Positions 1-9,075 of a DNA stretch of 10,632 nucleotides are shown one piece after another (position 1 is the stretch's first letter; each line of letters begins with the position of its first letter). The notes beneath the pieces were generated by a model. That model was not told the DNA's origin and made no database searches. It worked only from the letters and a program-made list of their open reading frames with translations. This DNA comes from Candidatus Hodarchaeota archaeon. Lineage in GTDB: Archaea > Asgardarchaeota > Heimdallarchaeia > Hodarchaeales > Hodarchaeaceae. The DNA is taken from contig JAEOTC010000098.1 of assembly GCA_016840035.1 (NCBI GenBank), positions 1-10,632 of the forward strand, given 5' to 3'. Made by a program: the position numbers and the translations under genes.

Positions 1-81
1 AATTAGATAAGTAGAAAACTGTCTTATGAAAATCCCTCCGTCCCTATCTCTTCGCTTTAATTTAGATTGAGATGAAGGCTA

Positions 82-618
82 CTGACATCCCTCCCCACTT
101 ATTCACAATGTTTACAACTACTGTTCAAATCTTCAGTTCCCAATAGGGTCATTTCGCATCTTTATCTTACAACTCGATCTGCTATGAAAATAACCCGAGA
201 ACTGAAAGAACGAAATATTCCAATCAATTGTGATCTAGTTTTAGCTGGGGCTATGCTTCATGATATCGGAAGATCATTGTCGCATAAACTTGATCATGGG
301 GTTATTGGCGCTAATATTTTAAAAATAGAAAGAATGCCGTCAGAATTAGTGAGTGTTGTAGAAAACCATATTTTTGCTGGAATCTCAAAGGAGGAAACCC
401 CAGAGTTTAATCTCCCGTTTAGAGATTTTCTCCCAAACACACTAGAAGAAAAAATCGTCGCTTATGCTGATAATATATCTAAGGAAAATGATATTTTAAC
501 ATCGGAACAAGTTGTCAAACGATATTCTCGTTATTTGGAAGAATCTCATCCAATTATTCAAAGAGTAAAAACATTGCAGTATGAAATTGAAACATTACTT
601 AACACTCCAGAGAAATAA
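82..618 (+). CDS. HD-domain (HDIG) metal-dependent phosphohydrolase, archaeal TIGR00295-like
   Basis: Motifs AGAMLHDIGRS, HGVIGA, VENHIFAG and EEKIVAYAD. The frame is open upstream of ATG184 back to TGA 73-75 and encodes LPTYSQCLQLL..VISH, the family-typical N-terminal helix plus first metal-binding His, so the start is moved to CTG82. The ORF track start is 184. Confidence 0.85.
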   Translation: MTSLPTYSQCLQLLFKSSVPNRVISHLYLTTRSAMKITRELKERNIPINCDLVLAGAMLHDIGRSLSHKLDHGVIGANILKIERMPSELVSVVENHIFAGISKEETPEFNLPFRDFLPNTLEEKIVAYADNISKENDILTSEQVVKRYSRYLEESHPIIQRVKTLQYEIETLLNTPEK

Positions 619-627
619 GGGATATAG

Positions 628-1608
628 TTGTCTTTCCATAAAAGAATCGAGAAATTTATTAACTGGATAGAAGTTAATGATGAACCGATAATATTAGCTA
701 TGCATGAACAGGCTGATCCTGATGCAGTAGGTTCTGTTATAGCATTAATTCAGCTAATAAAACACATAAATCCAAATTTATATGTTTCAGTTCATAAACC
801 TGATCTCAGTCAACTCAGTAAACAATTATTACTTCATCTTGAATATGATTTACCTGAAAAGGAACACAAAGAACAATTGAACCCTCTTATACTTCTTGAT
901 AATCCTTTAATTCCAAAAGAGTTGAACCAGGATGACCGTAAGATAGTAATTATTGATCATCATGTCGAACAGGAGCCCCAATCTCCCCTGTTTGTAGATC
1001 TTAGGACTCAAACGGCCACTTCAACTGCAGAGATACTCATTCGAATAATTCGAACGGGAAAGATTCCACTAGAAAGAATTATTGTTAAAAGTCTCCTTGC
1101 AGGTATAATTTTTGATACAAGACGATTTCGTTATACAAATAGTGACTTATTTGATAACGTTTCCTACCTATTACAGGCTTTTCCTGATTCTTATGACGAG
1201 ATATTATCAATTTTTACCTCTTCAAGACCGCTCTCAGAGCGTATTGCTTGCATTAAAGCCACTCAAAGAATGAAACGAGTAGAAATCAGAAACCACCAAA
1301 TATTATTTTCTCATGTTAGTTCATTTGAAGCAGCAGCAGCAAGAGCGTTCATTTTTCTTGGGGGTGATATTGCAATAATTATTGCTAGACAGTCGAATCA
1401 TACTAGATTAAGTCTTCGAGCATCTGCTAATATCATTAAAAAGACTAATATATCTTTAGGTCGAGATATAGTTCCTCTTTTGATTAATGAATATGGAGGA
1501 ACTGGTGGGGGTCACGATGGAGCTGCTGGTTATAATATTCCAATCCGTATGGACATGAAAATTATCTTTGACTTTATTTTGAAGAATTTAAGAAAATTAT
1601 TGGAGTAG
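628..1608 (+). CDS. DHH/DHHA1 family phosphoesterase (NrnA-like)
   Basis: HEQADPDAVGS (motif I), ILLD, IIDHH, STAE, GIIFDT and C-terminal GGGHDGAAG (DHHA1). TTG start 9 nt after the HD gene stop. Confidence 0.9.
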   Translation: MSFHKRIEKFINWIEVNDEPIILAMHEQADPDAVGSVIALIQLIKHINPNLYVSVHKPDLSQLSKQLLLHLEYDLPEKEHKEQLNPLILLDNPLIPKELNQDDRKIVIIDHHVEQEPQSPLFVDLRTQTATSTAEILIRIIRTGKIPLERIIVKSLLAGIIFDTRRFRYTNSDLFDNVSYLLQAFPDSYDEILSIFTSSRPLSERIACIKATQRMKRVEIRNHQILFSHVSSFEAAAARAFIFLGGDIAIIIARQSNHTRLSLRASANIIKKTNISLGRDIVPLLINEYGGTGGGHDGAAGYNIPIRMDMKIIFDFILKNLRKLLE

Positions 1609-1643
1609 TAGAGAATAATAATTAAAACTTGTAAACTTTAGGC

Positions 1644-1952
1644 TTAGATTAGCCATTCTGTTCTTAGTTGGCCAAATTCATCACTAGATATCTCAAATTT
1701 ATCAAAGCTTTCTTCTTTTATAGCTATTTTAACCGCAAGACTATGTTTACACTGGAAATAAGGGTCTTGATAAAGGCCTTTCTGAAAAGCGTAACATCTA
1801 CACCAAACTGGATTAGATAAGTTAAGATATTCGCGAGCATTGCCAACCACTACCCATCGTTCGTGCTTTCCATCAATTATATATTTTTTAACAGATTTTT
1901 TCTGAATGAGCTTCTTTGCAGCTTCCAATTTTTTGGAAAATGAAACAGACAA
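1644..1952 (-). CDS. SWIM zinc-finger protein, SWS1/ZSWIM7 (Shu2)-like
   Basis: CRCYAF-x11-CKHSLA fits CxC..F..CxHxxA, preceded by a WVVVG..EY beta hairpin. TTG start directly abuts the upstream TAA. Confidence 0.8.
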   Translation of the reverse strand: MSVSFSKKLEAAKKLIQKKSVKKYIIDGKHERWVVVGNAREYLNLSNPVWCRCYAFQKGLYQDPYFQCKHSLAVKIAIKEESFDKFEISSDEFGQLRTEWLI

Positions 1953-2537
1953 TTAGCTCTTCACCTGTTTAAGAATAAAATCCAGAGCTGCAAGATATTC
2001 GGTCTTAAATTCAAGATCCTTTCTTAATTCCTGATCACGTAAATTGAATTCATCTATGGAAAGCTCTTCAACATCTTTTCGTACGGCAAGCTCCTCTATC
2101 TGAAAATTCAATACCTGAATTAAGGGCTGTGTTTGTTGTCTGGCGATTTCGAGTTTTTTGAGGAATCTGCTAAGATCCTCTGTTAATTTATTGAATTCTG
2201 TATGATATTCATCTTTCAGAGCTTGATACACTTCTGGTTGGATTGTATTTCGTTTTTTTTCCAATTTTTCCAATCTTTCTTTGAGAACGGTCTGATTTCT
2301 GAAGATTTCTAATAATAAGTTCGATTCTTCACTTGATCCAGGACTTTCATCCTTCAAAGTAGATATTTCTGTTTCTATGCTTTGGATTTCTGCTTTCTTA
2401 TCAATTCCCTCAATCTCAGATTTGACAAGTAATAGCTCAAGCTCCTCCTGTAACTTGGATAATTTTGTTTCTGACTTAAATTGTACTGCTAGCTTAATAA
2501 TCGCTTTCGGGGAGAGATCTTCAATATTGGGGGTCAA
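1953..2537 (-). CDS. Coiled-coil protein, CdvA-like helical domain (no PRC barrel)
   Basis: Heptad-rich, E/K/L-rich sequence. ERLEKLE..IQPEVYQALKDEY and IEELAVRKDVEELSIDEF resemble the two hairpin turns of CdvA-like coiled coils (by eye). TTG start with GGAGTAGG upstream. Confidence 0.6.
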   Translation of the reverse strand: MTPNIEDLSPKAIIKLAVQFKSETKLSKLQEELELLLVKSEIEGIDKKAEIQSIETEISTLKDESPGSSEESNLLLEIFRNQTVLKERLEKLEKKRNTIQPEVYQALKDEYHTEFNKLTEDLSRFLKKLEIARQQTQPLIQVLNFQIEELAVRKDVEELSIDEFNLRDQELRKDLEFKTEYLAALDFILKQVKS

Positions 2538-2592
2538 AATTTCCTACTCCAACTAAGTAACTTTGTTATTCTGTCGACTATCTATTGTGTGG

Positions 2593-2611
2593 TTTAAATA
2601 TAATTGTTTCC
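2593..2611. promoter_or_regulatory. Candidate archaeal TATA/BRE, possibly bidirectional
   Basis: The + strand has TTTAAATA at 2593-2600. The - strand reads GGAAAC-AATTATATTTAAA (purine BRE-like plus TATA) about 60 nt upstream of the TTG at 2537. Confidence 0.4.
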
Positions 2612-2693
2612 TTAGAGGATCCAAATATACCCAGAATGATAATAAAAGTGGACCCAAGATTATATCTATTTAAGGAAAGAATAATAATTAAAA

Positions 2694-2785
2694 AAAATAT
2701 TGTGTGGAGTATATTACGAAGATTAACATCCTTGAAATTGAAATAAATTCGCAAATTCGTGCTTAAATGGAGAACACAATATTTT
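2694..2785. repeat. Perfect 12-bp inverted repeat, 68-nt spacer
   Basis: AAAATATTGTGT (2694-2705) and ACACAATATTTT (2774-2785). TATTGTGTGG is also a direct repeat at 2583-2592 and 2698-2707. Confidence 0.7.
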
Positions 2786-2894
2786 ACGAGGAAACAGAGA
2801 AGTATCTAAAGTCGAAGAAAAAAAATCTTAAGATACATAAATTGTGAGCGGTTAGACTAAGGATTAAAAAACAATTCCACAAGAAGGATTGAAT

Positions 2895-4679
<1,785 letters not shown>

Positions 4680-4682
4680 GAT

Positions 4683-5315
4683 ATGTTTCCCCTTGCAAAA
4701 GGACATGTTCAAATCTCTTTAGCGTTAACCACATTACTCCCAATAATTTTCTTCTATTCTCTACTCTATAGCTGGATATTAATACTCCTCCCAATAAACA
4801 TTCTATTACTTGGAGGTCATATCTACTTTTTTCGTGACCCTCAAAGACCAAGTCTCACACCTTCTAAAGATCTGATCGCTCCTGCCGATGGGAAGGTGTA
4901 TGAAGTTGTGCATGATGAGGGGATCGTTAGGATCCGTATGACTTTGTTTGATGTTCATGTCAACCGTTGGCCTATTTCTGGGAAAGTCACGAAAATTTCC
5001 AATCAGTCAGGAAAACACTGGCCCTTTCTCTCATTCATTTCGCGTGGAACCATGGAGAACGCGAAACAAACTATCGAGTTAACAAATAAAATAGGGATAT
5101 TTAAAATAGTACAAATAGTTGGAATGATCGCTCGCCGTTGTGTTGTTTATGTGGAAGAGGATGAAAACATTGAACAGGGAGATCGTTTAGGAATGATTCG
5201 ATATGGGAGTGAAGTTGATCTACATTTCCCGAAAGATAAATATAAAATCCTTGTGCGAGAGAATCAGAAAACTCGGGCAGGAGTAACCGTAATTGCGGAA
5301 TATAAAGCTGGATAG
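4683..5315 (+). CDS. psd: Phosphatidylserine/archaetidylserine decarboxylase proenzyme (short pyruvoyl type)
   Basis: Hydrophobic N-terminus, FFRDP, APADG, DVHVNRWP, GMIARR and self-cleavage motif RYG/SEVD. Adjacent to pssA. Confidence 0.93.
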   Translation: MFPLAKGHVQISLALTTLLPIIFFYSLLYSWILILLPINILLLGGHIYFFRDPQRPSLTPSKDLIAPADGKVYEVVHDEGIVRIRMTLFDVHVNRWPISGKVTKISNQSGKHWPFLSFISRGTMENAKQTIELTNKIGIFKIVQIVGMIARRCVVYVEEDENIEQGDRLGMIRYGSEVDLHFPKDKYKILVRENQKTRAGVTVIAEYKAG

Positions 5316-5323
5316 AAAAGATA

Positions 5324-6055
5324 ATGAGTTATCTTAACAAATATACAGTAGTCGCAAATATTTTTACTGCTTTTAATGCTTTTGCAGGGATAATAGGTAT
5401 TGTAATTGCCATAAATTACGCAGATACTTTACCTTATGTTCCATTACAGCTCATAATTATCGGAGCGATCTTTGATTTTCTTGATGGATTCATGGCTAAA
5501 CGAGCACCAATAACAACGAACTTTGGAGTTTATGCTGACTCAATAAGTGACGTCCTTACGTTTGCAATCTTACCTGGAATAATGGTTCTGCAGACGAATC
5601 TAATAGGATCAGGAGAATCTGGATTAAATGGATTGACTCCACTTTTTATTGCAGCGTTCTATACAATAAGTGGATGGCTTCGACTAGTTCGATTTGCAAC
5701 AAGCCCCACCACTATATATTTTGAGGGTCTTCCTTCTCCTGCAGCTGCATTATTAATTGGAACTTGTGCCACGCTTTCCACGATACCTGAAGTATCATGG
5801 TTATTTTCACAAGATGGTATCGTATTATCTATTTTTACAATAATTACTGGGCTCTTAATGACCGAGATAGTTAAATATCCTTCACCTAAAAGAGGCCAAC
5901 TTGTAGATTTATCATTAATTGCAGTAGCTGGACTTGTTGTCTTATGCTTCGTAATCTTTCCAGGTATCCTCACACTAAGTATGATCCTATTTATATCATT
6001 ACTCTATACGATATTTGGCTCTCTCTATTTATTAATTACAAATAAATCAAAATAA
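5324..6055 (+). CDS. pssA: CDP-alcohol phosphatidyltransferase, phosphatidylserine/archaetidylserine synthase
   Basis: DFLDGFMAKR..FGVYADSISD (CDP-alcohol motif), RLVRF and FEGLPSPAAA (PssA-typical), multiple TM helices, next to psd. Confidence 0.9.
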   Translation: MSYLNKYTVVANIFTAFNAFAGIIGIVIAINYADTLPYVPLQLIIIGAIFDFLDGFMAKRAPITTNFGVYADSISDVLTFAILPGIMVLQTNLIGSGESGLNGLTPLFIAAFYTISGWLRLVRFATSPTTIYFEGLPSPAAALLIGTCATLSTIPEVSWLFSQDGIVLSIFTIITGLLMTEIVKYPSPKRGQLVDLSLIAVAGLVVLCFVIFPGILTLSMILFISLLYTIFGSLYLLITNKSK

Positions 6056-6081
6056 ACTTATTTATGTAGAAGGTTTCCCAA

Positions 6082-7425
6082 ATGGAAATTCAAACAGAAA
6101 AAGGAAAAGACTTTGAAATACGAGATTCTTCCTTAGCTGAAGCAGGAAGAAAAACAATGGACTGGGCTGAGAGTAGAATGCCTGTCCTGAAACTAATCAA
6201 ACAACGGTTTGAAAAGGAGAAACCGCTGGAAGGTGTAAAAATTGGCGCTTGTCTGCATGTTACCAAAGAAACATCTCAACTTTGTGATACTTGGCTTGCA
6301 GGAGGAGCGGAAGTATTTTTGTGCGCCTCCAATCCTCTTTCCACTCAGGATGAGATTCCAGCTGCATTAGTGGAAAAAGGAGTCCATGTGTATGCCTGGA
6401 AATTTATGGACACTGAAGGGTACTATCGATCGATTGGAAATGTCATTGCATCCCGTCCTCATATCACAATAGATGATGGAGCGGATCTAGTAAGCATTTT
6501 GCATAAGTTGAAACGAGGGGAAACCGATTCGGAAATCGAGGTCGTAAAGCAAATCATTGGAGATACAAGAGATATTATTGATGGAGTATGGGGTGGAGCA
6601 GAAGAAACAACTACAGGTATTATTCGATTAGAGGCAATGGCAAAGGATAATGCACTCTTATATCCAATTATGGCTACTAATTCATCTCCCTGTAAAAATC
6701 TCTATGATAATGTATATGGAACAGGACAATCTACAATAGATGGTATACTTCGGGCAACTGCCGATTTAATTGCATCGAAAGTGTTTGTAGTTGCTGGATA
6801 TGGACATTGTGGGAAAGGAGTAGCAATGAGAGCAAAAGGAATGGGAGCTCGTAGAGTTATCATTACTGAAATTGAACCTCATGCTGCACTGCAAGCTGTC
6901 ATGGAAGGAATGGAAGTTATGTCAATGATAGAAGCAAGTAAAGTAGCCGATATCATCGTAACCACAACAGGCAATCGAGATGTTTTGAGAAAGGAGCATT
7001 TCACCGTTATGAAAGATGGTTGCTTATTAGCAAATTCAGGTCATTTCAATGTAGAAATTAACATACCCGACTTAGAGAATCTTTCAGTGGAAAAAATCCA
7101 AATAAGACCGTTTGTAGAGCAATTTGTATTATCTGATGACAGAAAAATTAACTTATTAGGAGAAGGACGGCTAATTAACTTAGCAGCTGCAGAAGGACAC
7201 CCTTCCGAAATTATGGGGATAAGTTTCTCTCTACAGGCTCTAGCGACAGAATATATAGCAAAAAACAAAGATAAATTTACAAAAATAGGGGGAAAAGTCT
7301 TAGAAATACCAAAAGCAATCGATGATAACGTTGCTCATCTAAAATGTAAAGCATTGGGGATCGAACTCGATGTATTAACAAAAGAACAGGAAAAGTATCT
7401 TTCCAGTTGGAAGGTTGGAACTTAG
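6082..7425 (+). CDS. ahcY: S-adenosylhomocysteine hydrolase
   Basis: CLHVTKET, SNPLSTQD, DDGADL, EETTTG, KNLYDNVYGTGQS, GYGHCGKG (NAD binding), NSGHFNVEI, GRLINL..EGHP. Confidence 0.97.
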   Translation: MEIQTEKGKDFEIRDSSLAEAGRKTMDWAESRMPVLKLIKQRFEKEKPLEGVKIGACLHVTKETSQLCDTWLAGGAEVFLCASNPLSTQDEIPAALVEKGVHVYAWKFMDTEGYYRSIGNVIASRPHITIDDGADLVSILHKLKRGETDSEIEVVKQIIGDTRDIIDGVWGGAEETTTGIIRLEAMAKDNALLYPIMATNSSPCKNLYDNVYGTGQSTIDGILRATADLIASKVFVVAGYGHCGKGVAMRAKGMGARRVIITEIEPHAALQAVMEGMEVMSMIEASKVADIIVTTTGNRDVLRKEHFTVMKDGCLLANSGHFNVEINIPDLENLSVEKIQIRPFVEQFVLSDDRKINLLGEGRLINLAAAEGHPSEIMGISFSLQALATEYIAKNKDKFTKIGGKVLEIPKAIDDNVAHLKCKALGIELDVLTKEQEKYLSSWKVGT

Positions 7426-7446
7426 ACAAATGTAAGTATGAAATCT

Positions 7447-9075
7447 TTATTCAATCGTTTTTTTATGTTGATAAAGATCAATTGTCTGCTTAATTAAGGG
7501 CAAGAGATCACTATACTCTGTAACATAGCTACTAAAGATTTTGAAGTATGATTCTGTACCAATCACATCACTTTTCCTTAATTTCTCATCAAATTTCCAA
7601 GGAAAAATGGATTTGGCGACTTTATAACTCCTAAAGTTTGAATTTTTCAGATACTGTAGTAATATATTCTGATCATTATTTCTACAGATTACTAGAACAG
7701 GTTGATTAATCCCAGTTTTATTCTTCGTTATTCTTATATGAGACCTAATTCCAAGAATGTTATTCAATTGATCACTTAAGAATCTTACATCGGTGACGGG
7801 GAAATTGTGAGTACTAAAAAGTATAGATGAGGTAGAATAACTGCCATCTCCAATATACCAATGTAGCAAGGTATCAGGTGTGATACGTAAAGTTTTTGGT
7901 ACAATTTTAGACGATTTAGGATACCATACATTATAAATCTCACGAAATTGAGTTGTAAAACTGCTCCATAAATTGAAAGTATGATATTTACTCCCTGTCG
8001 ACTTTGCATTTCCAAAATTTGTTGATAAATTAATCGAATTCCCTTGAAATATGTGTTTCAAATGTAATATCCAAGGAAGTGATAGGATCGAAGAACAAAG
8101 GTGCATTCTTCCCATTGAGTAACAAAGAAGGCATTTTAAAGCAAGATTAAATCTATTTATTGCCTCTTCAATCTTTTTTGGAGCTATAGTCTGAAAGTTT
8201 CTCATACACGAAACACTAGTTAGATACTCGCTAAGTGAGAGAGAGTCAGTTATCAAACAATTTTTCCTTTTTAATTCAAGACTCAAATCTCCAAGTAGTT
8301 CCCCATTGAGTACCTCCATTAGATAAGGATTTAATGGGAGGTGAAAGCCACCAGAAACATGTTTACGCACATTTCTCAGATTACGAGTTCTAATGACATC
8401 AGCTTCATCTAAGATTCGTCTGATTGTCGTTCGAGGAAACCCCCAACGAGTAGCAATACTTTCAATAGAATTCAAACGAAGATAATCAAGAATAATACTT
8501 GATTTTGGATACTCCTTGGTTTCAATCCCAGCAGCTGCATGACGTCTTTTTAGTTTATAAATTCTCAACCAATTCTTTAAAGAAGTTCTCGAGATACCTA
8601 ATTGATGCGTGATTTCATTGAAGGGCAGTTCTTGCTCAGTATATAACTCGATAAGGCGGTTACGTTTTACATCTGTAGGAAGCCACTTAATTACTTGTTG
8701 TGGTTCCATTTGTAGTTGTACACTGATTTCTGAAATAGGAATGCCCTCTAAAAACATATAAACTATTTTCTTAGTTATCTTATCATGTAGTCCTGATTTT
8801 TTTGCATAAGAAATAATCGTTTTTGAATCAATTCCTAAACGATTGGCAATCGTTTCATAGGGAAGCCCTTGATTCATGAAATCCTCAATACTATTGAGAA
8901 GTATAGTCCGAGGAAAATTTCTGACAATATGCGTCTTACTTAAGTTCAATAGAAGAGCAATCTCGGGAAAATTCCTTCCCTGTAAAAAAAGTTCAACCGC
9001 TTGAGCAAAAGGAACTTGAATTGAGTTTTTACTTTCATCTGATGGAGGATCAAAAAACTTGTCTTTGTCTTGCAT
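7447..9075 (-). CDS. Free-standing LAGLIDADG (I-SceI/LAGLIDADG_2-type) endonuclease with five N-terminal HTH modules
   Basis: Motif 1 VLNGELLGD (D263) and motif 2 TPDTLLHWYIGDGS (D410), plus WY..KIVP, STHNF..DVRFL..L...LGI and FPWKF. Residues ~24-231 hold five modules of the form L-Y/F-x-x-G-x-P/S-x-x-E-I-A-x-x-L-G-I-S-x-x-T-I. Confidence 0.8.
   Translation of the reverse strand: MQDKDKFFDPPSDESKNSIQVPFAQAVELFLQGRNFPEIALLLNLSKTHIVRNFPRTILLNSIEDFMNQGLPYETIANRLGIDSKTIISYAKKSGLHDKITKKIVYMFLEGIPISEISVQLQMEPQQVIKWLPTDVKRNRLIELYTEQELPFNEITHQLGISRTSLKNWLRIYKLKRRHAAAGIETKEYPKSSIILDYLRLNSIESIATRWGFPRTTIRRILDEADVIRTRNLRNVRKHVSGGFHLPLNPYLMEVLNGELLGDLSLELKRKNCLITDSLSLSEYLTSVSCMRNFQTIAPKKIEEAINRFNLALKCLLCYSMGRMHLCSSILSLPWILHLKHIFQGNSINLSTNFGNAKSTGSKYHTFNLWSSFTTQFREIYNVWYPKSSKIVPKTLRITPDTLLHWYIGDGSYSTSSILFSTHNFPVTDVRFLSDQLNNILGIRSHIRITKNKTGINQPVLVICRNNDQNILLQYLKNSNFRSYKVAKSIFPWKFDEKLRKSDVIGTESYFKIFSSYVTEYSDLLPLIKQTIDLYQHKKTIE

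Noticed and set aside
2768-2848. 26-codon ORF MENTIFYEETEKYLKSKKKNLKIHKL upstream of atpA (also a 36-codon ORF from 2636)
   Set aside because: No recognisable motif or clear RBS, and such ORFs are expected by chance in A-rich DNA.
2840-2878. AATTGTGAGCGG ... AACAATTCC resembles the two halves of the lac operator
   Set aside because: The halves are separated by 18 nt rather than 2 and there is no other vector sequence. Treated as coincidence with the local ATTGTG motif.
5659-5973. 104-aa minus-strand ORF
   Set aside because: Antisense shadow of pssA.
7041-7268. 75-aa minus-strand ORF
   Set aside because: Antisense shadow of ahcY.
7785-8015. 76-aa same-strand alternate-frame ORF inside the endonuclease gene
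   Set aside because: It overlaps the conserved second LAGLIDADG motif. Its hydrophobicity is explained by T-rich off-frame codons, with no independent support.
7447-9075. IS transposase interpretation of the HTH-rich ORF
   Set aside because: No DDE, HUH or RuvC motifs, no clean terminal inverted repeats or target-site duplication, and the C-terminus matches LAGLIDADG.
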